64,000 nucleotides of DNA, taken from positions 434,001-498,000 of the forward strand of contig VRMN01000008.1 of assembly GCA_008690995.1 (NCBI GenBank). The letters run 5' to 3'. The position numbers were made by a program, and so were the translations under genes. The notes under the pieces are model-generated. The model did no database searches, was not told where the DNA came from, and worked only from the letters and a program-made list of their open reading frames with translations. Origin of the DNA: Porphyridium purpureum (Eukaryota). Shown here in pieces: positions 21,978 through 32,571 of the stretch (position 1 is its first letter; each line of letters opens with the position of its first letter).

Positions 21978-23621
21978 CTAAAACGGCCCTAGCAGTTTCT
22001 GCAAGCCATCCATTTGATTCTGAATTGTCCGAAGCGCCATGTTGGTTCGTCGCTTGACTGCCTCGCGATGCTCGGCACCTTCGGGAGAAACCGGTGCAGA
22101 ATCCTTGCGTTCCGACTGATTCTCTAGCTGCCTCACCTTTTCTTGCAAGTGGGCTATTTCGCGCCGCAGCCGCTCCACCTCCTTTGATTTTGTCACGCGC
22201 GCGCTCCTTTCCGTCAGCTTTTCGCGCAGGCGTGCATTCTCCTGCCGCAGCTCACGCGCGATCTCTTCAACTGCGCGCTCGCCGTCGGCGTCGCGCTTCA
22301 TTTTCAGCTCGACCCGCAGGTACTCATTTTCCTGCTCGAGAAGCTCCATATCTTTTGTCACAAGCTCAACGAGCGCAGCTGAAGACTCGGCGTTTCGCAA
22401 GAAGCACCCACATATGCACTCGTTTCCAGCAGCTGCGGGACCTTCTGGCGCTTTCCGACTCGGCGACCTCAAAACCCTTCCGGGCACTGCTTTGCTTTTG
22501 CCTGCCTTTGAGATCGTCGGCCCCAGTCTACTCACGGGCAATGAAGGACTTGTGCGCGCCGGTGGCGGCGGCGGCGGCGGCGGCGGCGGTGCCTGTATTC
22601 TCGTGTCGGCATAATACTGCGGCGCCGTTGGTCCGGTCTTCAAGAACTCATCTTCTAGTTCAGAGTAGGAAGAAACGTGCGCCGATTGCGAAGGCGGCGG
22701 ATAGTGCATCGTGCCTGGGTATCCATACCCGGGCGCGTTGCCCGAGAGCGAGTACAAAGGCCCGCTCATTCCCATGCGCTCCGAATGCACAGACCCGGAC
22801 GCAGAGCTTGAAGCGGAGACCTGTGGATGGTCTTGCACCGCCTCTGAGCTTCTCTTCAATTTTGCCAACATTGCCATTTCCCGTGGAGACTCGCTTGCAC
22901 CATAGCCGCGCGGGCGAACACTAGACGCGGGCGCCGGTGCGTCGCCTGTGTTCGGAACATGAGGAGCGTTGACTTCGTCCGAGGCAGCCGGCGTCCCGCT
23001 TGCCTGGCTCGTGCGATTTGAGAAGCCGGGCAGGCTGCGCAACAGCGTGTGGTGAAAAGCAAACTTTGCCCTGTCGGCTAAACTGAGCAGTCTTCGCTCG
23101 GTCACTTCGAATATGATGCGCAAATCTCCGTATGATCCGGTGAAGTACGCCGACGGCTCACTCTCTTCCTGAGTGGACGATTGCATGTCTGAATAACTGC
23201 AGCACAAGAGCAAGATACCCCTATGCTCTGCGGATACCCTGGGGAGCATCCATACCGCTGTGCTTTTGGAGTGGATTTCTCTGTCAACTGACTGCTGGTT
23301 GAGTCCTTCGTCATCCATACTCGTATCCAACGAAATCTCGAGAAGCACTTCGCACACAAGCTCCTTGATGTTCGAGGTGCGGATCGAGCAGCGGCCATTG
23401 AAACTTCTTCGCGGCGCCTCGACCACTACGACTGGTTCCGCGCCTGATGCGATTCGGCGCTCCTTCTCGAGATCGTCTCTGCTAGGTAGCTCTACCTTGA
23501 TGTAGAGGACGTTGTCGCGAAGTGCGTACTCCCAGCTCACGCCCTGTTCCGATGGTTGCGCCCACATACTAGCTTCAACATCTACCTGGCGCAAAAGCGA
23601 TTCCAAAGGTGAAGCTTCCAT
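21978..23621 (-). CDS. Hypothetical protein with poly-Pro tract and C-terminal coiled coil
   Basis: 547-aa ORF with a run of 10 Pro and a heptad-rich LEQENEYLR...LQEKVRQLE region. Confidence 0.7.
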   Translation of the reverse strand: MEASPLESLLRQVDVEASMWAQPSEQGVSWEYALRDNVLYIKVELPSRDDLEKERRIASGAEPVVVVEAPRRSFNGRCSIRTSNIKELVCEVLLEISLDTSMDDEGLNQQSVDREIHSKSTAVWMLPRVSAEHRGILLLCCSYSDMQSSTQEESEPSAYFTGSYGDLRIIFEVTERRLLSLADRAKFAFHHTLLRSLPGFSNRTSQASGTPAASDEVNAPHVPNTGDAPAPASSVRPRGYGASESPREMAMLAKLKRSSEAVQDHPQVSASSSASGSVHSERMGMSGPLYSLSGNAPGYGYPGTMHYPPPSQSAHVSSYSELEDEFLKTGPTAPQYYADTRIQAPPPPPPPPPPARTSPSLPVSRLGPTISKAGKSKAVPGRVLRSPSRKAPEGPAAAGNECICGCFLRNAESSAALVELVTKDMELLEQENEYLRVELKMKRDADGERAVEEIARELRQENARLREKLTERSARVTKSKEVERLRREIAHLQEKVRQLENQSERKDSAPVSPEGAEHREAVKRRTNMALRTIQNQMDGLQKLLGPF

Positions 23622-23919
23622 GCCAGCGGCGTCCTTCTGTCGGGCTCAAAACCGAACGTGCGCTTCGGACGATATCTCAGCCCAGCCTGATGCGTACACG
23701 GCCGGGTGCAACGGCGTTCAGAGCCGCGCGCCTGAAACGAAAAACAAAGAAAAGAAAGGAACACGACGCGCGGAAACACGTCGCGCGGTCGTTTCGAGCC
23801 AGCACCCTGCACGCAATGCGGGTCGCCCTTCTGCGCAAGAAACCGGTTGAACTGAATGGCAAAAGTCGATAAACCGTTTATGAGCGGGTCAAAAGCTAAA
23901 AGCACCTAGCGCGCACAAA

Positions 23920-24816
23920 CTAGCGGACATATGCCCGGTTGGCTTCCGCTAGCTTGTGCTTATCGTCACGCATCTTCCGCGCGGCGCCTTCCTTCTTGTG
24001 GAGCGCAACGAGCTCGGCGGCTAGTTTGTGATCACTATTCTTACGCCCCACTCTCCTCTTGTCATAAACAGCGCGACTAGAGCGGATTCGAAAACACAGA
24101 CGGACAAGGAGATTCAGTTGGATGAGTCAGTCAGCATCTTGCGCGAACAGAAGACATGTGGTGAGCGGCTGCCGTGTACAGCGACACAGGCTGTGGAATT
24201 TGCGGTCCTTGATACAGGGGCGCCGGTTGCGACACTGGACGAAAGAGAAATCATCTATCGTCCTTCTAGAAACCATGCGTCTTGCACATGCATGCTTTTC
24301 CTTCCATGTGCAGCACAGTCACATGGAGGCAGCTCGACAGAGAGACAAATGAACGTACGCTATAAATCGCAGCGCCAGCCCTTCTTGACGTTTCGGGCCG
24401 ACTGCTCGCGGCTGAGGCACTCGCTTGGAGCCGATATTCAAGGGCTTGGTCTCCACCAGCGGTTTGGCATTTTGTACGGCTTCATAAAAGAACCTGACCG
24501 GTCTAAGCTCCGCAGCCGCACCATTCCGCGCCGAGACAAAACAAGGAAAGGACGCAGAGAAAACAAAGCGGGTCAAGCAATACAAATGGAAACGTGCATA
24601 TTGTCAGCATTCTGTAGTACATCACGTAGTGCCCAAGCGCGCACGATCTGTTGTCGATCACCGCAGACGAATCCGAACGTACTCTTGAACTTCATGATTT
24701 GTCTTGAGGATCTGGAAGGCGCTGTCGATGATTGCGAGCGCCTTGCCAAACCGTCCATGCTTCATATAGCACCGCGCAAAGCGCTGCACCAAATGATCAT
24801 TCGGGAACAGCGACAT
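23920..24816 (-). CDS. rps7: Ribosomal protein S7 (uS7, mitochondrial/bacterial type); complement(join(23920..24076,24359..24502,24683..24816)), 144 aa
   Basis: Spliced product: LVQRFARCYMKHGRFGKA...EPVRFFYEAVQNAKPLVETK...PKRQEGLALRFIA...KLAAELVALHKKEGAARKMRDDKHKLAEANRAYVR*, which carries the classic uS7 motifs. Both introns are GTACGT...TAG. Confidence 0.9.
24077..24358 (-). other. rps7 intron 2 (282 nt)
   Basis: GTACGT donor at 24358, TGCTGACTGAC branch at 24126-24136, CTAG acceptor; frame restored. Confidence 0.85.
24503..24682 (-). other. rps7 intron 1 (180 nt)
   Basis: GTACGT donor at 24682, TGCTGAC candidate branch ~24603-24609, TTAG acceptor; frame restored. Confidence 0.85.
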
Positions 24817-25925
24817 GTTCTTCCCATACACCGCGACCTCTGCTCTGCCCTCCCCTCCGCTCCCTCCTTCCCTCTTCTCCTTCTCCCCCGCCCGCATTCC
24901 CCACCCACTCACCCACTCTGCACCCCCAACGCAATAACACACTCCTTTGCAATGTCACATTCTTTTGTCATTCCAAATTCCCACACCGCGCACCATCTGT
25001 CAAGCTTATTGGCTGTACCTTATCCTCCACCCACACTGTACTTCGATCCCGATGGATTCATGTTGGCAGAGTTCTCTCGTATTTTTGCGTGCAGCTTTCC
25101 CGTGACAAACGCGGTCTGCGCCAAAACGTTGCAAATCTTCGTACAAAAAGGGAAACCAGAACTCATTTTTCACTTTTCTACTTTTTTTCGTGCGGGTTTT
25201 TGGGGTTTTCGGCGGAATTTCAGCGGGATTTCGGATTTCGGGTTTCGGGTTTCGTGGTGTTGGCGTGTGCGTGTGTGTGTGTTTTTTTTTCTGCACGGAA
25301 TTCGGACACCAAATTCGGATGTTTTCATCTTGGTTCAGCGTCGGAATTTGTTAGAGGCGTGTGTGCGTGTGCGTGTTCGTTGTTGGGGTGGGTGGGTCGA
25401 TGAGGCGATGCGTGCCGAGTCGGATGGAACAGAGGTGTGGTGGGCGTGTAGCGCGACAAGCGTGACGTGTGGATTGCCGCGGTGATAGATAGTTAGGTGT
25501 TCTCTCGATTGGTTGTGCCCGCTGCATGAGCCTCGGCTTCAGACTTGAGAGTTTCTGCATTGCAGACATCTGGCCCCGCACCTGAGTGAGCCTCAGAAGG
25601 GGGACAAGAGGCCTTTAAAAATAGAACGCGCGCGTCGATAACATCTGTCACCTGAGAGAAGTGGGAGCGTGGATTCAAGAGGGACAACACGCTACCACCG
25701 GTATCCGTGCGAGCGGCGGGAGCATGTGTGTGAGCTGCGGCGAGACCCCGGAATAGACACAGCACGTGGCGGAGGACCGGTGCTTTTCGCCGCTGCGTTT
25801 CATCTCGACGCCGCGGAAAAGCCGCGACGCACTTTCGCGTCTTTGGTGCGGGAAGAGCTGGCACGCAGTGTGTGCGCGCCCCGACGCGCCGAGCGCGCAG
25901 CGATCACAGCGTGGTCCTACGCACA

Positions 25926-27470
25926 ATGTCCGGCGTAGAAATTGTCCGCGCCGAGACAATTCCGGTGTCGGCGACCGAGTTGGGCAACATAAACCATCGC
26001 TCCAGCCTCGACTACGCGACATACAAGGTATCGCCGGGTATCCTGGGCGTGGACCCGGACTTTTCTCTCCCTGAGTCTGGCTCAAGCGACTGGGCGCTGT
26101 CGTATATCCTGTTTGGCACCAACGCATGGCGCCTGCAGCTGTCTGACTTTTTCCGCGCGCTGCAGGGCCTCGAGGTGATGCTGACGATGGACTACGCCGA
26201 TTTGAGTCGCAGCGCACTCAAAGACCTCTTCAAATGGATTTTGGACGCGTCGGAAGCGTTTTGCGACGCGCTCGACTTTAGCTCGTTCGTGCTGGAGCCG
26301 GTGATTCTGGATCGGGCGTTCGCCACAGCTTCTGCGACTGGCTCTGCACAGGTGCGCGCGGAGACGTCGGAATCGTTCAACGAGAACGACCGCGTGTCGG
26401 ATCTTTTCGTGACGCTCTGTGAAGAGCGCGAGGCTCTGGCGTCCAAGCTCACACACATACAGAGCATGCGCAAGTCGCTCGGACTCGTGCGCGAAGAGCG
26501 GCTGGTTCCAGAGCTGATGAAGCGCAGCGTGGTGTTCATTGTCCATGCCCTTGGTCATGCTGCGCGCGAGGAGGAGGTTTATGCACCATTGCTGCGAGAG
26601 TGCTTTGGTTCGTGGGAGCTTCAACAACTCATCGACGCGAAGCGCATTTTCTACAATAAGCTGACCAGTTCAAACGCGTATCTGCGAATGGTTGCTCGAG
26701 GCACGCACTGGCAGAATCGCGACGAGGCCTCGCGCTCGATGCAGCTGTACGTGAGCGGTCTGCGCCAACGTGTCATGTACTCAGTGGCAGTCGCGCAGGT
26801 CGATGCGAAGCGGGAACTTTTACGCAAGCTGTTCGAGGCGTCGTTCCGCCCTCGCCGAGGTGGTAGGTTTGACGACGTGCTCTCGCGCGCCGGCAGCAGC
26901 GTCACAACAGACCGCTCTGGCAGCACGGGCATCCTGCGTGGTATGTCCAACGGCGCTCATGGCACGCGGCGGAGGTCGCTTGATGCAGAGTTTGATGAAA
27001 TTCGGCAGGTGCAAGGCGAGACGCGCACGCGCGCCTCGCTCGATACGGGCACCGCCAATCTACCGTACAGTGCGTCGCGCATCCGCACCGAGCGCTCGGA
27101 GCTGGAGCACTCGCGCCTTCAGCAGGAGCGCGCACAGCAGCAGCAGGTAACGGTGGTGGTTGGAACACCACACAAGGAGCGGGTAGTCGCTCCAAAGCCG
27201 CCCACAGTACCTTCCAAGCAGCAGTCACACGAAGTGCGTTTTGATGTGGCAGCCCTTATGCGCCAATCGCCAGTCTCAACTCCAGAAGACTCGCAAGTGG
27301 ACATCGCTGCCCCGCAAGTTCTGGATGATCCGCCTGAAGCGAAGTACGACTCTGACCGAGATCTGCCGTCGATTGAGTTTGAAGACATTGAGGATGACGG
27401 TTTCAGCGGAACACCCTCTGGCACATCATATCTTCCTTTTTCGACGCGCATGAGCGATGCGATTGCCTAG
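25926..27470 (+). CDS. Hypothetical protein, possible degenerate hemerythrin-like helical bundle plus disordered C-terminus
   Basis: Long ORF; DWA...TNAWR and HAAREEEVYAP resemble hemerythrin H..EE helices (tentative). Confidence 0.6.
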   Translation: MSGVEIVRAETIPVSATELGNINHRSSLDYATYKVSPGILGVDPDFSLPESGSSDWALSYILFGTNAWRLQLSDFFRALQGLEVMLTMDYADLSRSALKDLFKWILDASEAFCDALDFSSFVLEPVILDRAFATASATGSAQVRAETSESFNENDRVSDLFVTLCEEREALASKLTHIQSMRKSLGLVREERLVPELMKRSVVFIVHALGHAAREEEVYAPLLRECFGSWELQQLIDAKRIFYNKLTSSNAYLRMVARGTHWQNRDEASRSMQLYVSGLRQRVMYSVAVAQVDAKRELLRKLFEASFRPRRGGRFDDVLSRAGSSVTTDRSGSTGILRGMSNGAHGTRRRSLDAEFDEIRQVQGETRTRASLDTGTANLPYSASRIRTERSELEHSRLQQERAQQQQVTVVVGTPHKERVVAPKPPTVPSKQQSHEVRFDVAALMRQSPVSTPEDSQVDIAAPQVLDDPPEAKYDSDRDLPSIEFEDIEDDGFSGTPSGTSYLPFSTRMSDAIA

Positions 27471-27702
27471 AGTTCGGGGAAGCTGCTTTTGATGACTCTA
27501 ATTGATTGGTCAGACTTGCCGGGCGTGCTCCGTCTGGCAATGCTGGCGCGCGCTAATTCATAGATTTTGTTGATTTACAGACATTTTCACATGGGGCGGT
27601 GACCTCATCGGTTCTTTTGTTCGTTTTCGCATGTCCCAACCCTGAATCATCCGTCTCTCCATGGTGGATAGCACGCCTTCGCGTTCCAAAAAGGCGCAGA
27701 CT

Positions 27703-28485
27703 CTATGAACTGTCCTCCTGATTGTCCCCACGGAGCGCTAGCGCGGTTCCCAGATTCTCCGCCAAATCACTGCACAGGGCTGCATAGTGCTTAAAGTATT
27801 CGCCAAGCCCGGAGTGGATGGCCGTAACGAGCGCCTCGGCCGTGGCAGCGATCTGCGTCGAAATGTCGCGCCACTCGGCCTCGACGACGCTTGCTTCGTC
27901 CTTGATTGCGAGGCTACGCACCGGGTCCGAGCTGTCGCCAATCGCAACCAGTTTTGCTCCATACAGCTTCTTCTTCTCGGCGTACACGCGGCGCAACGGA
28001 AGGAGCGTCTGCAGTCGCTTTGACTCAAACTCGTTTCTGAGCATTTCAATGGGTGCCGAAATCTGGTCGGCAAATGCTGTTTTCGCGTGTGCCTCGCTCA
28101 TATGGCTCGCCGCCAAGCTGAGCTGTGCCAGAATACGGTCAGAGTCGATAAACTTTTCCATGACTGGCTGGCAAACGCCAGACGTGGACGCCAGCGCCTC
28201 ACCTAGTGCGCGGTGCGAGGCCGCAGACTTGTTAAGCATCTGGGCATGATGCTTGATCGTTGTCTCGGCTCGTTGCAGCAGCTGCTCCGCACTCTCGAGT
28301 TCTCGAATGGGCACACGCAGCGGCTCGTCGTGCGCAAACAGCTCGTCTGGCCAGACGCCAGGTTTTGGCGTGTTACTGCCGGCAAGCGCCTCGTTCAGTT
28401 TTTTCCCAGCCGAGTTCAGCTCTGCTTCGAAGCGGCTCGACGCACCCTTGAGCGACTCGCCCAATCCAGAGAACATGGACGTCAT
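27703..28485 (-). CDS. Helical protein, possibly BAR-domain-like
   Basis: 260-aa all-helical ORF with an amphipathic N-terminus (MFSGLGESLK) and FADQISAPIEML resembling BAR helix 2. Confidence 0.6.
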   Translation of the reverse strand: MTSMFSGLGESLKGASSRFEAELNSAGKKLNEALAGSNTPKPGVWPDELFAHDEPLRVPIRELESAEQLLQRAETTIKHHAQMLNKSAASHRALGEALASTSGVCQPVMEKFIDSDRILAQLSLAASHMSEAHAKTAFADQISAPIEMLRNEFESKRLQTLLPLRRVYAEKKKLYGAKLVAIGDSSDPVRSLAIKDEASVVEAEWRDISTQIAATAEALVTAIHSGLGEYFKHYAALCSDLAENLGTALALRGDNQEDSS

Positions 28486-28598
28486 CTCACACCTTGCCTT
28501 TGCGCACCCCGCGATGTCCGTCGCCAGACGACATCAAACTTTCGGCCGCTCTGAGGAGCAGCAGTTGGTCGGGACGGAAAGAAAGAGGGATCTCAGAG

Positions 28599-29852
28599 AT
28601 GATGGCGTTTGTCGTAAGCGTTGGCGTGGCAGGCAAGCACGCGCGCACGCTGTGCCATGGTGCGCCGCGCGCCGTGGTAATCATGTCCTCTGGCAACGGA
28701 TGGAAAGGGCAGGAGCGTAGCAGCGCGTCGTCGTCCAGGCCGCCCAAGTCGAATACAACGTATTCGTCCGGAAGGCAAGCTCGTTATGCGCCGCGAGACG
28801 GAGGAGGAGGAGGGGGAGGGGGAGGAAACGGTGATCGTCCAACCGGTGCTCGCCGAGGGCGCCCACAGGGACGTGAGAGGTCTGGAGTGCGCGAGGATGC
28901 GACGGCGTTTGCGCCCCGGTCTGGGGACGACGGTGATTGGGACTCCGACTATGGCAGTGAGAATTATGGCAGGCCGTACGGAGCGCAAGCAGAGCGAGAC
29001 ACGTATGCCTCGCAAGAGCGGTCAAGGCTACAGAAGCTAATTGCTTCAAGTGATGACTTTCTGTACGGTGTATCGTCCGTGCTGGCGGCACTCAGCGCCA
29101 ACCGACGGACATTCCATGCGCTTTTCATTCAGGACTCAATTGATCTCACCAAGCGCAAGGACAAGACGTCTGTTGAAAAACTGAACGAACTGGCTGCAAA
29201 GCGGCGCGTACGTGTCGAGTACATGAACAAGGGTGATTTGAACAATCTGTCCGGGGGCAGGCCGCACCAGGGCTTCATCCTACAGGCTGACCCACTCGAG
29301 TTTGTGCCACTGCCGGAGCTTCCGCCGATCGACCAAGAGTCAGCAAGCACTCGCATGGCACCGCTGTGGTTGATTTTGGACGAAACGCAAGATCCCATGA
29401 ATCTTGGCGCTCTTTTGAGGACGAGCTGGTTCCTCCGAGTGGACGGCGTGGCTGTCTGTACCAAAAACAGCTGCGGATTGTCAGCCACAGCCAGCAAAGC
29501 CAGCGCAGGAGCGTTGGAGCTAATGCCGGTACACAGCGTATCCAACATGCCCAAGTTTCTGCAGGCGGCAAAGCAGTGTGGATGGCGCGTGCTAGGTACC
29601 AGCCTCGATAAATCAGCAGTGGACGCCCGCTCTATTGTTCTTGACCAACCGACCATCCTGTTGCTAGGAAACGAAGGACACGGACTGCGCACAATGGTGG
29701 CGAAGGAGTGCGACGCGCACGTTCGCATCCAGACCATTCGCGGTTCCGAGCAAGTAAATGACATTGGCACTGACACGTTTGTGGACACGGTTGATAGTCT
29801 GAACGTCTCTGTAAGCGGCGGTATGCTTTTGTACCAGCTTTTGGGTAAGTGA
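28599..29852 (+). CDS. rRNA 2'-O-methyltransferase, RlmB/MRM1 SPOUT family, organelle-targeted
   Basis: LYGVSSV, RPHQG, LDETQDPMNLGALLR, KASAGA, LGNEGHGLR, DSLNVSV; transit-like MAFVV start. Confidence 0.92.
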   Translation: MMAFVVSVGVAGKHARTLCHGAPRAVVIMSSGNGWKGQERSSASSSRPPKSNTTYSSGRQARYAPRDGGGGGGGGGNGDRPTGARRGRPQGRERSGVREDATAFAPRSGDDGDWDSDYGSENYGRPYGAQAERDTYASQERSRLQKLIASSDDFLYGVSSVLAALSANRRTFHALFIQDSIDLTKRKDKTSVEKLNELAAKRRVRVEYMNKGDLNNLSGGRPHQGFILQADPLEFVPLPELPPIDQESASTRMAPLWLILDETQDPMNLGALLRTSWFLRVDGVAVCTKNSCGLSATASKASAGALELMPVHSVSNMPKFLQAAKQCGWRVLGTSLDKSAVDARSIVLDQPTILLLGNEGHGLRTMVAKECDAHVRIQTIRGSEQVNDIGTDTFVDTVDSLNVSVSGGMLLYQLLGK

Positions 29853-30671
29853 ATACTGTGGGGCACACGTACTTTAGGCTAAAAACTAAACTTGAACTTG
29901 ACGAGGACGGAATGGCAGCGTAAAATTCATTCCGAACCAACTCGAAAGAAGCAAGACAGTCAAGTTCACTTCCGGTTTCCAGTGCGGCTATCAAGGATGT
30001 GTATGAATTTAGGCGGCCTTGCCACACCCTCAGAATGTTCAGCGCCATTGATTAAAATTCCTTGCGAGCGTATGGTCACTCACATTGTCGGCAATCATCC
30101 GCAACCCCGAGAAAAAGGTCGAAAAGGTCGGATTCCACACGCCTAGAGAGTGAAATGCGTGCGGGAAAGAACAAAGAGGGTGGAGACAGGCTTCTAGGCA
30201 GCGTCCTCGAGTCGATATGAACATACTTTTGGCCTCGCTTGCAACTTTTGACCAGACAGATGGCACAAGGAATGTCCTATTTCGCACGCAGTACATACAG
30301 ACCGGTACACCTTTCGGCTAGCCATGTGCACGTGCAGTAGCATCGCAGCATTCCTGACACACGGCAATACTCCGCTCAGCTCGATTCGTTGGGCCGACGC
30401 AACGAATGCGCCTTTTGCCAGGAACGCAGCAAGGATAATTCTGCATCCGACTCATCAAGCGCTGACGTCCACGCAAAACCGGCGACTTCGTGTCACACTC
30501 TGGTGAGCCAAGATTTACGTTCCACGAATCGCTTTCTTGGGCGGGAGTCGGGCGGGTGTGGCGACAAAAATCATGACGTTGAAACAAGGCACTCCTGTCC
30601 GCACTTTGACGCGGCCTTGAGACTCGTCAAGAATAGCGACGAGGTTTCTCGAGGGGCTGGACACCGTTTCT

Positions 30672-31715
30672 CTACCTTTGCGGGCCTGCAAACATTCCTC
30701 GCATCATGTCTCCCATCAGGCTTCCAAGCATATTGGGCGGCGGCGCTGGTGCAGCCGGCTGAATATGGAACACGTGCACTGCAATTTTGTCGAGAAGCTT
30801 ATCCAGCGCCGGGTCGCGGCACAACGAGGGCTGATAAACCGATCTCGCCAGCTGGAACAATTCTGCTCGCTCACGCATCGCGGCCTCGCCTACAAACTCG
30901 ATGAAGTGGAGCAGGGGCTCCTGGCGCGCCATGACAGAGCCGTGGTCCGTCGTGCCATTGTCGGGGCCCGCGACCATACTTTGGATACATTCAGAGAAGG
31001 AGCGGGCGCGTGCCACAGTACGGTCCATGTCGTTCCCAAATACCGAACTGTGTGTCAAGATCAGCAGGAAACAGCGCGCAACGATGAGCGGGCGTTCCGA
31101 TCGCACTTTGCACGCCATGCACCAGTCCCATACCATCCTGGCCAAGTCAGCCGAGCTCGCGCTTTTCAAGAAGTACGCCTGCGAGTCTCCAAAACGGTGC
31201 AATCTCCACTTGACGGTTGCCATTTGCTCGCACAGCTCGCGATGGTACTCGGGGCGATGCTGGTCAATCGTTGCGGCAAGCACAAGTTCCAACGTCTTTT
31301 GCAGGGCCTTGGACATCTCGGACAGCTGCGACATGGCTTCGCTTTCCTCACGCGGCGCGTCTGCCGCAAGTTGAAGGGACGCGTTCGCTTGGGCCTCCCA
31401 GACGGCGTACATCGATCTCAGCATGCGCATTGCGGACTCTAGACTGCCTCCATGTTCCTGCCCATCACCTGCATCGTGCTTGACCACAAGAGGCATCAAG
31501 ACGGCCACCGATCCGAGCTGGCTGTGCGCAATCAGCATGCTGCATCCTTCATCAAGCATCTCCAGTGCATGCGCCTTGGATGTGCCTCCCTTACCATGCT
31601 GGGCGCCCGCAAGCTCCCGACGGTACGCACTCTGCAAAGCCTGCTCGGCGTCATAATACTCGCCTTGCTCCATGCTCCGCAAGAAGCGCTTCCACTGTGC
31701 CCCGACTCCCGCCAT
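30672..31715 (-). CDS. GET4: Golgi-to-ER traffic protein 4 (GET4/TRC35)
   Basis: GEYYDAEQ at the N-terminus; PLLHF...YQPSLCRDP..LLDKIA...F and a Met/Gly-rich tail. Confidence 0.85.
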   Translation of the reverse strand: MAGVGAQWKRFLRSMEQGEYYDAEQALQSAYRRELAGAQHGKGGTSKAHALEMLDEGCSMLIAHSQLGSVAVLMPLVVKHDAGDGQEHGGSLESAMRMLRSMYAVWEAQANASLQLAADAPREESEAMSQLSEMSKALQKTLELVLAATIDQHRPEYHRELCEQMATVKWRLHRFGDSQAYFLKSASSADLARMVWDWCMACKVRSERPLIVARCFLLILTHSSVFGNDMDRTVARARSFSECIQSMVAGPDNGTTDHGSVMARQEPLLHFIEFVGEAAMRERAELFQLARSVYQPSLCRDPALDKLLDKIAVHVFHIQPAAPAPPPNMLGSLMGDMMRGMFAGPQR

Positions 31716-32571
31716 GGCCACCCTCACAACTCTCGTTTGACGTTCCACTCTCCTGTGACATCAATGTGACCTTCTTAATCGTGTAGCTTGAGTTTGTTCC
31801 TGATCGTGTGCAGTGGACAATGAAGGGAAGAGGCCTCGGTCAGCGCGCTCGCCACGGCCGTAACTTTGCGCTCTGGGCCCCAGCCGGAGGCGTGTGCGCA
31901 GGAACTGGAGGTTGTGTGCTTTGAACAGGTCGAGGCTACTGGAGGAATACGCTGCAGTCGTCGACCGTATGAAATGTTTGTGGAGCCATGGGGTCATAGT
32001 CCGATGAGCGGTGGTGTCCGTGCTGGTGTAGAGTCGATCGTACGCGCTGGTTCATCTTGGAATCATTCACCGTTTACAGGTATGGGAAAAGTGCATCGCG
32101 ACTAGCTTCACAGTACGAGGGACGTCTCTCGTTCATCAGTCCGGATTTCTCAGACCTGGATCGCGAATTTGCCCAGTGACGGTCAGCGATGCTGGCTTGC
32201 GCGGACTGCATTCCATCGGACCATTCTTTCTCCCGTCAGTTTCACAGGTCTTGAATCATTTACGCTTGCAAGCGAAACCAGGACCTTGGGCCCACTCAAA
32301 AGCGGCCATTGAAATCCACGCGTGCAGATAAACGTTTCGGTCAGCCAGCTAGGGAAAATATTTCGTGTCCAAGCGATTTCGTCAATCGCACAAGTTGTGA
32401 ATGAAACTGGACGACGCTCTTGATCGGATGACTTTTCATCTGGCTCGCGCAACGTCCGAACCGTTGCTTTCGGTCTGCTTGGAGAGACTGAAGCGTGAGC
32501 CAGCACGCGCTCGTTTCGAGCCGCGGAAGAATGGCTCAACGGCAAGCGGGATTTTTGGTCTCTGTTTTGCT

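Noticed and set aside
24028..25485. 485-aa plus-strand ORF
   Set aside because: No motifs, non-ATG start, and it runs antisense across the spliced rps7 gene and its low-complexity promoter
29880..30600. Possible small multi-exon minus-strand gene (GTATGT and GTGAGT donor-like sites)
   Set aside because: No splice combination gave a recognisable product
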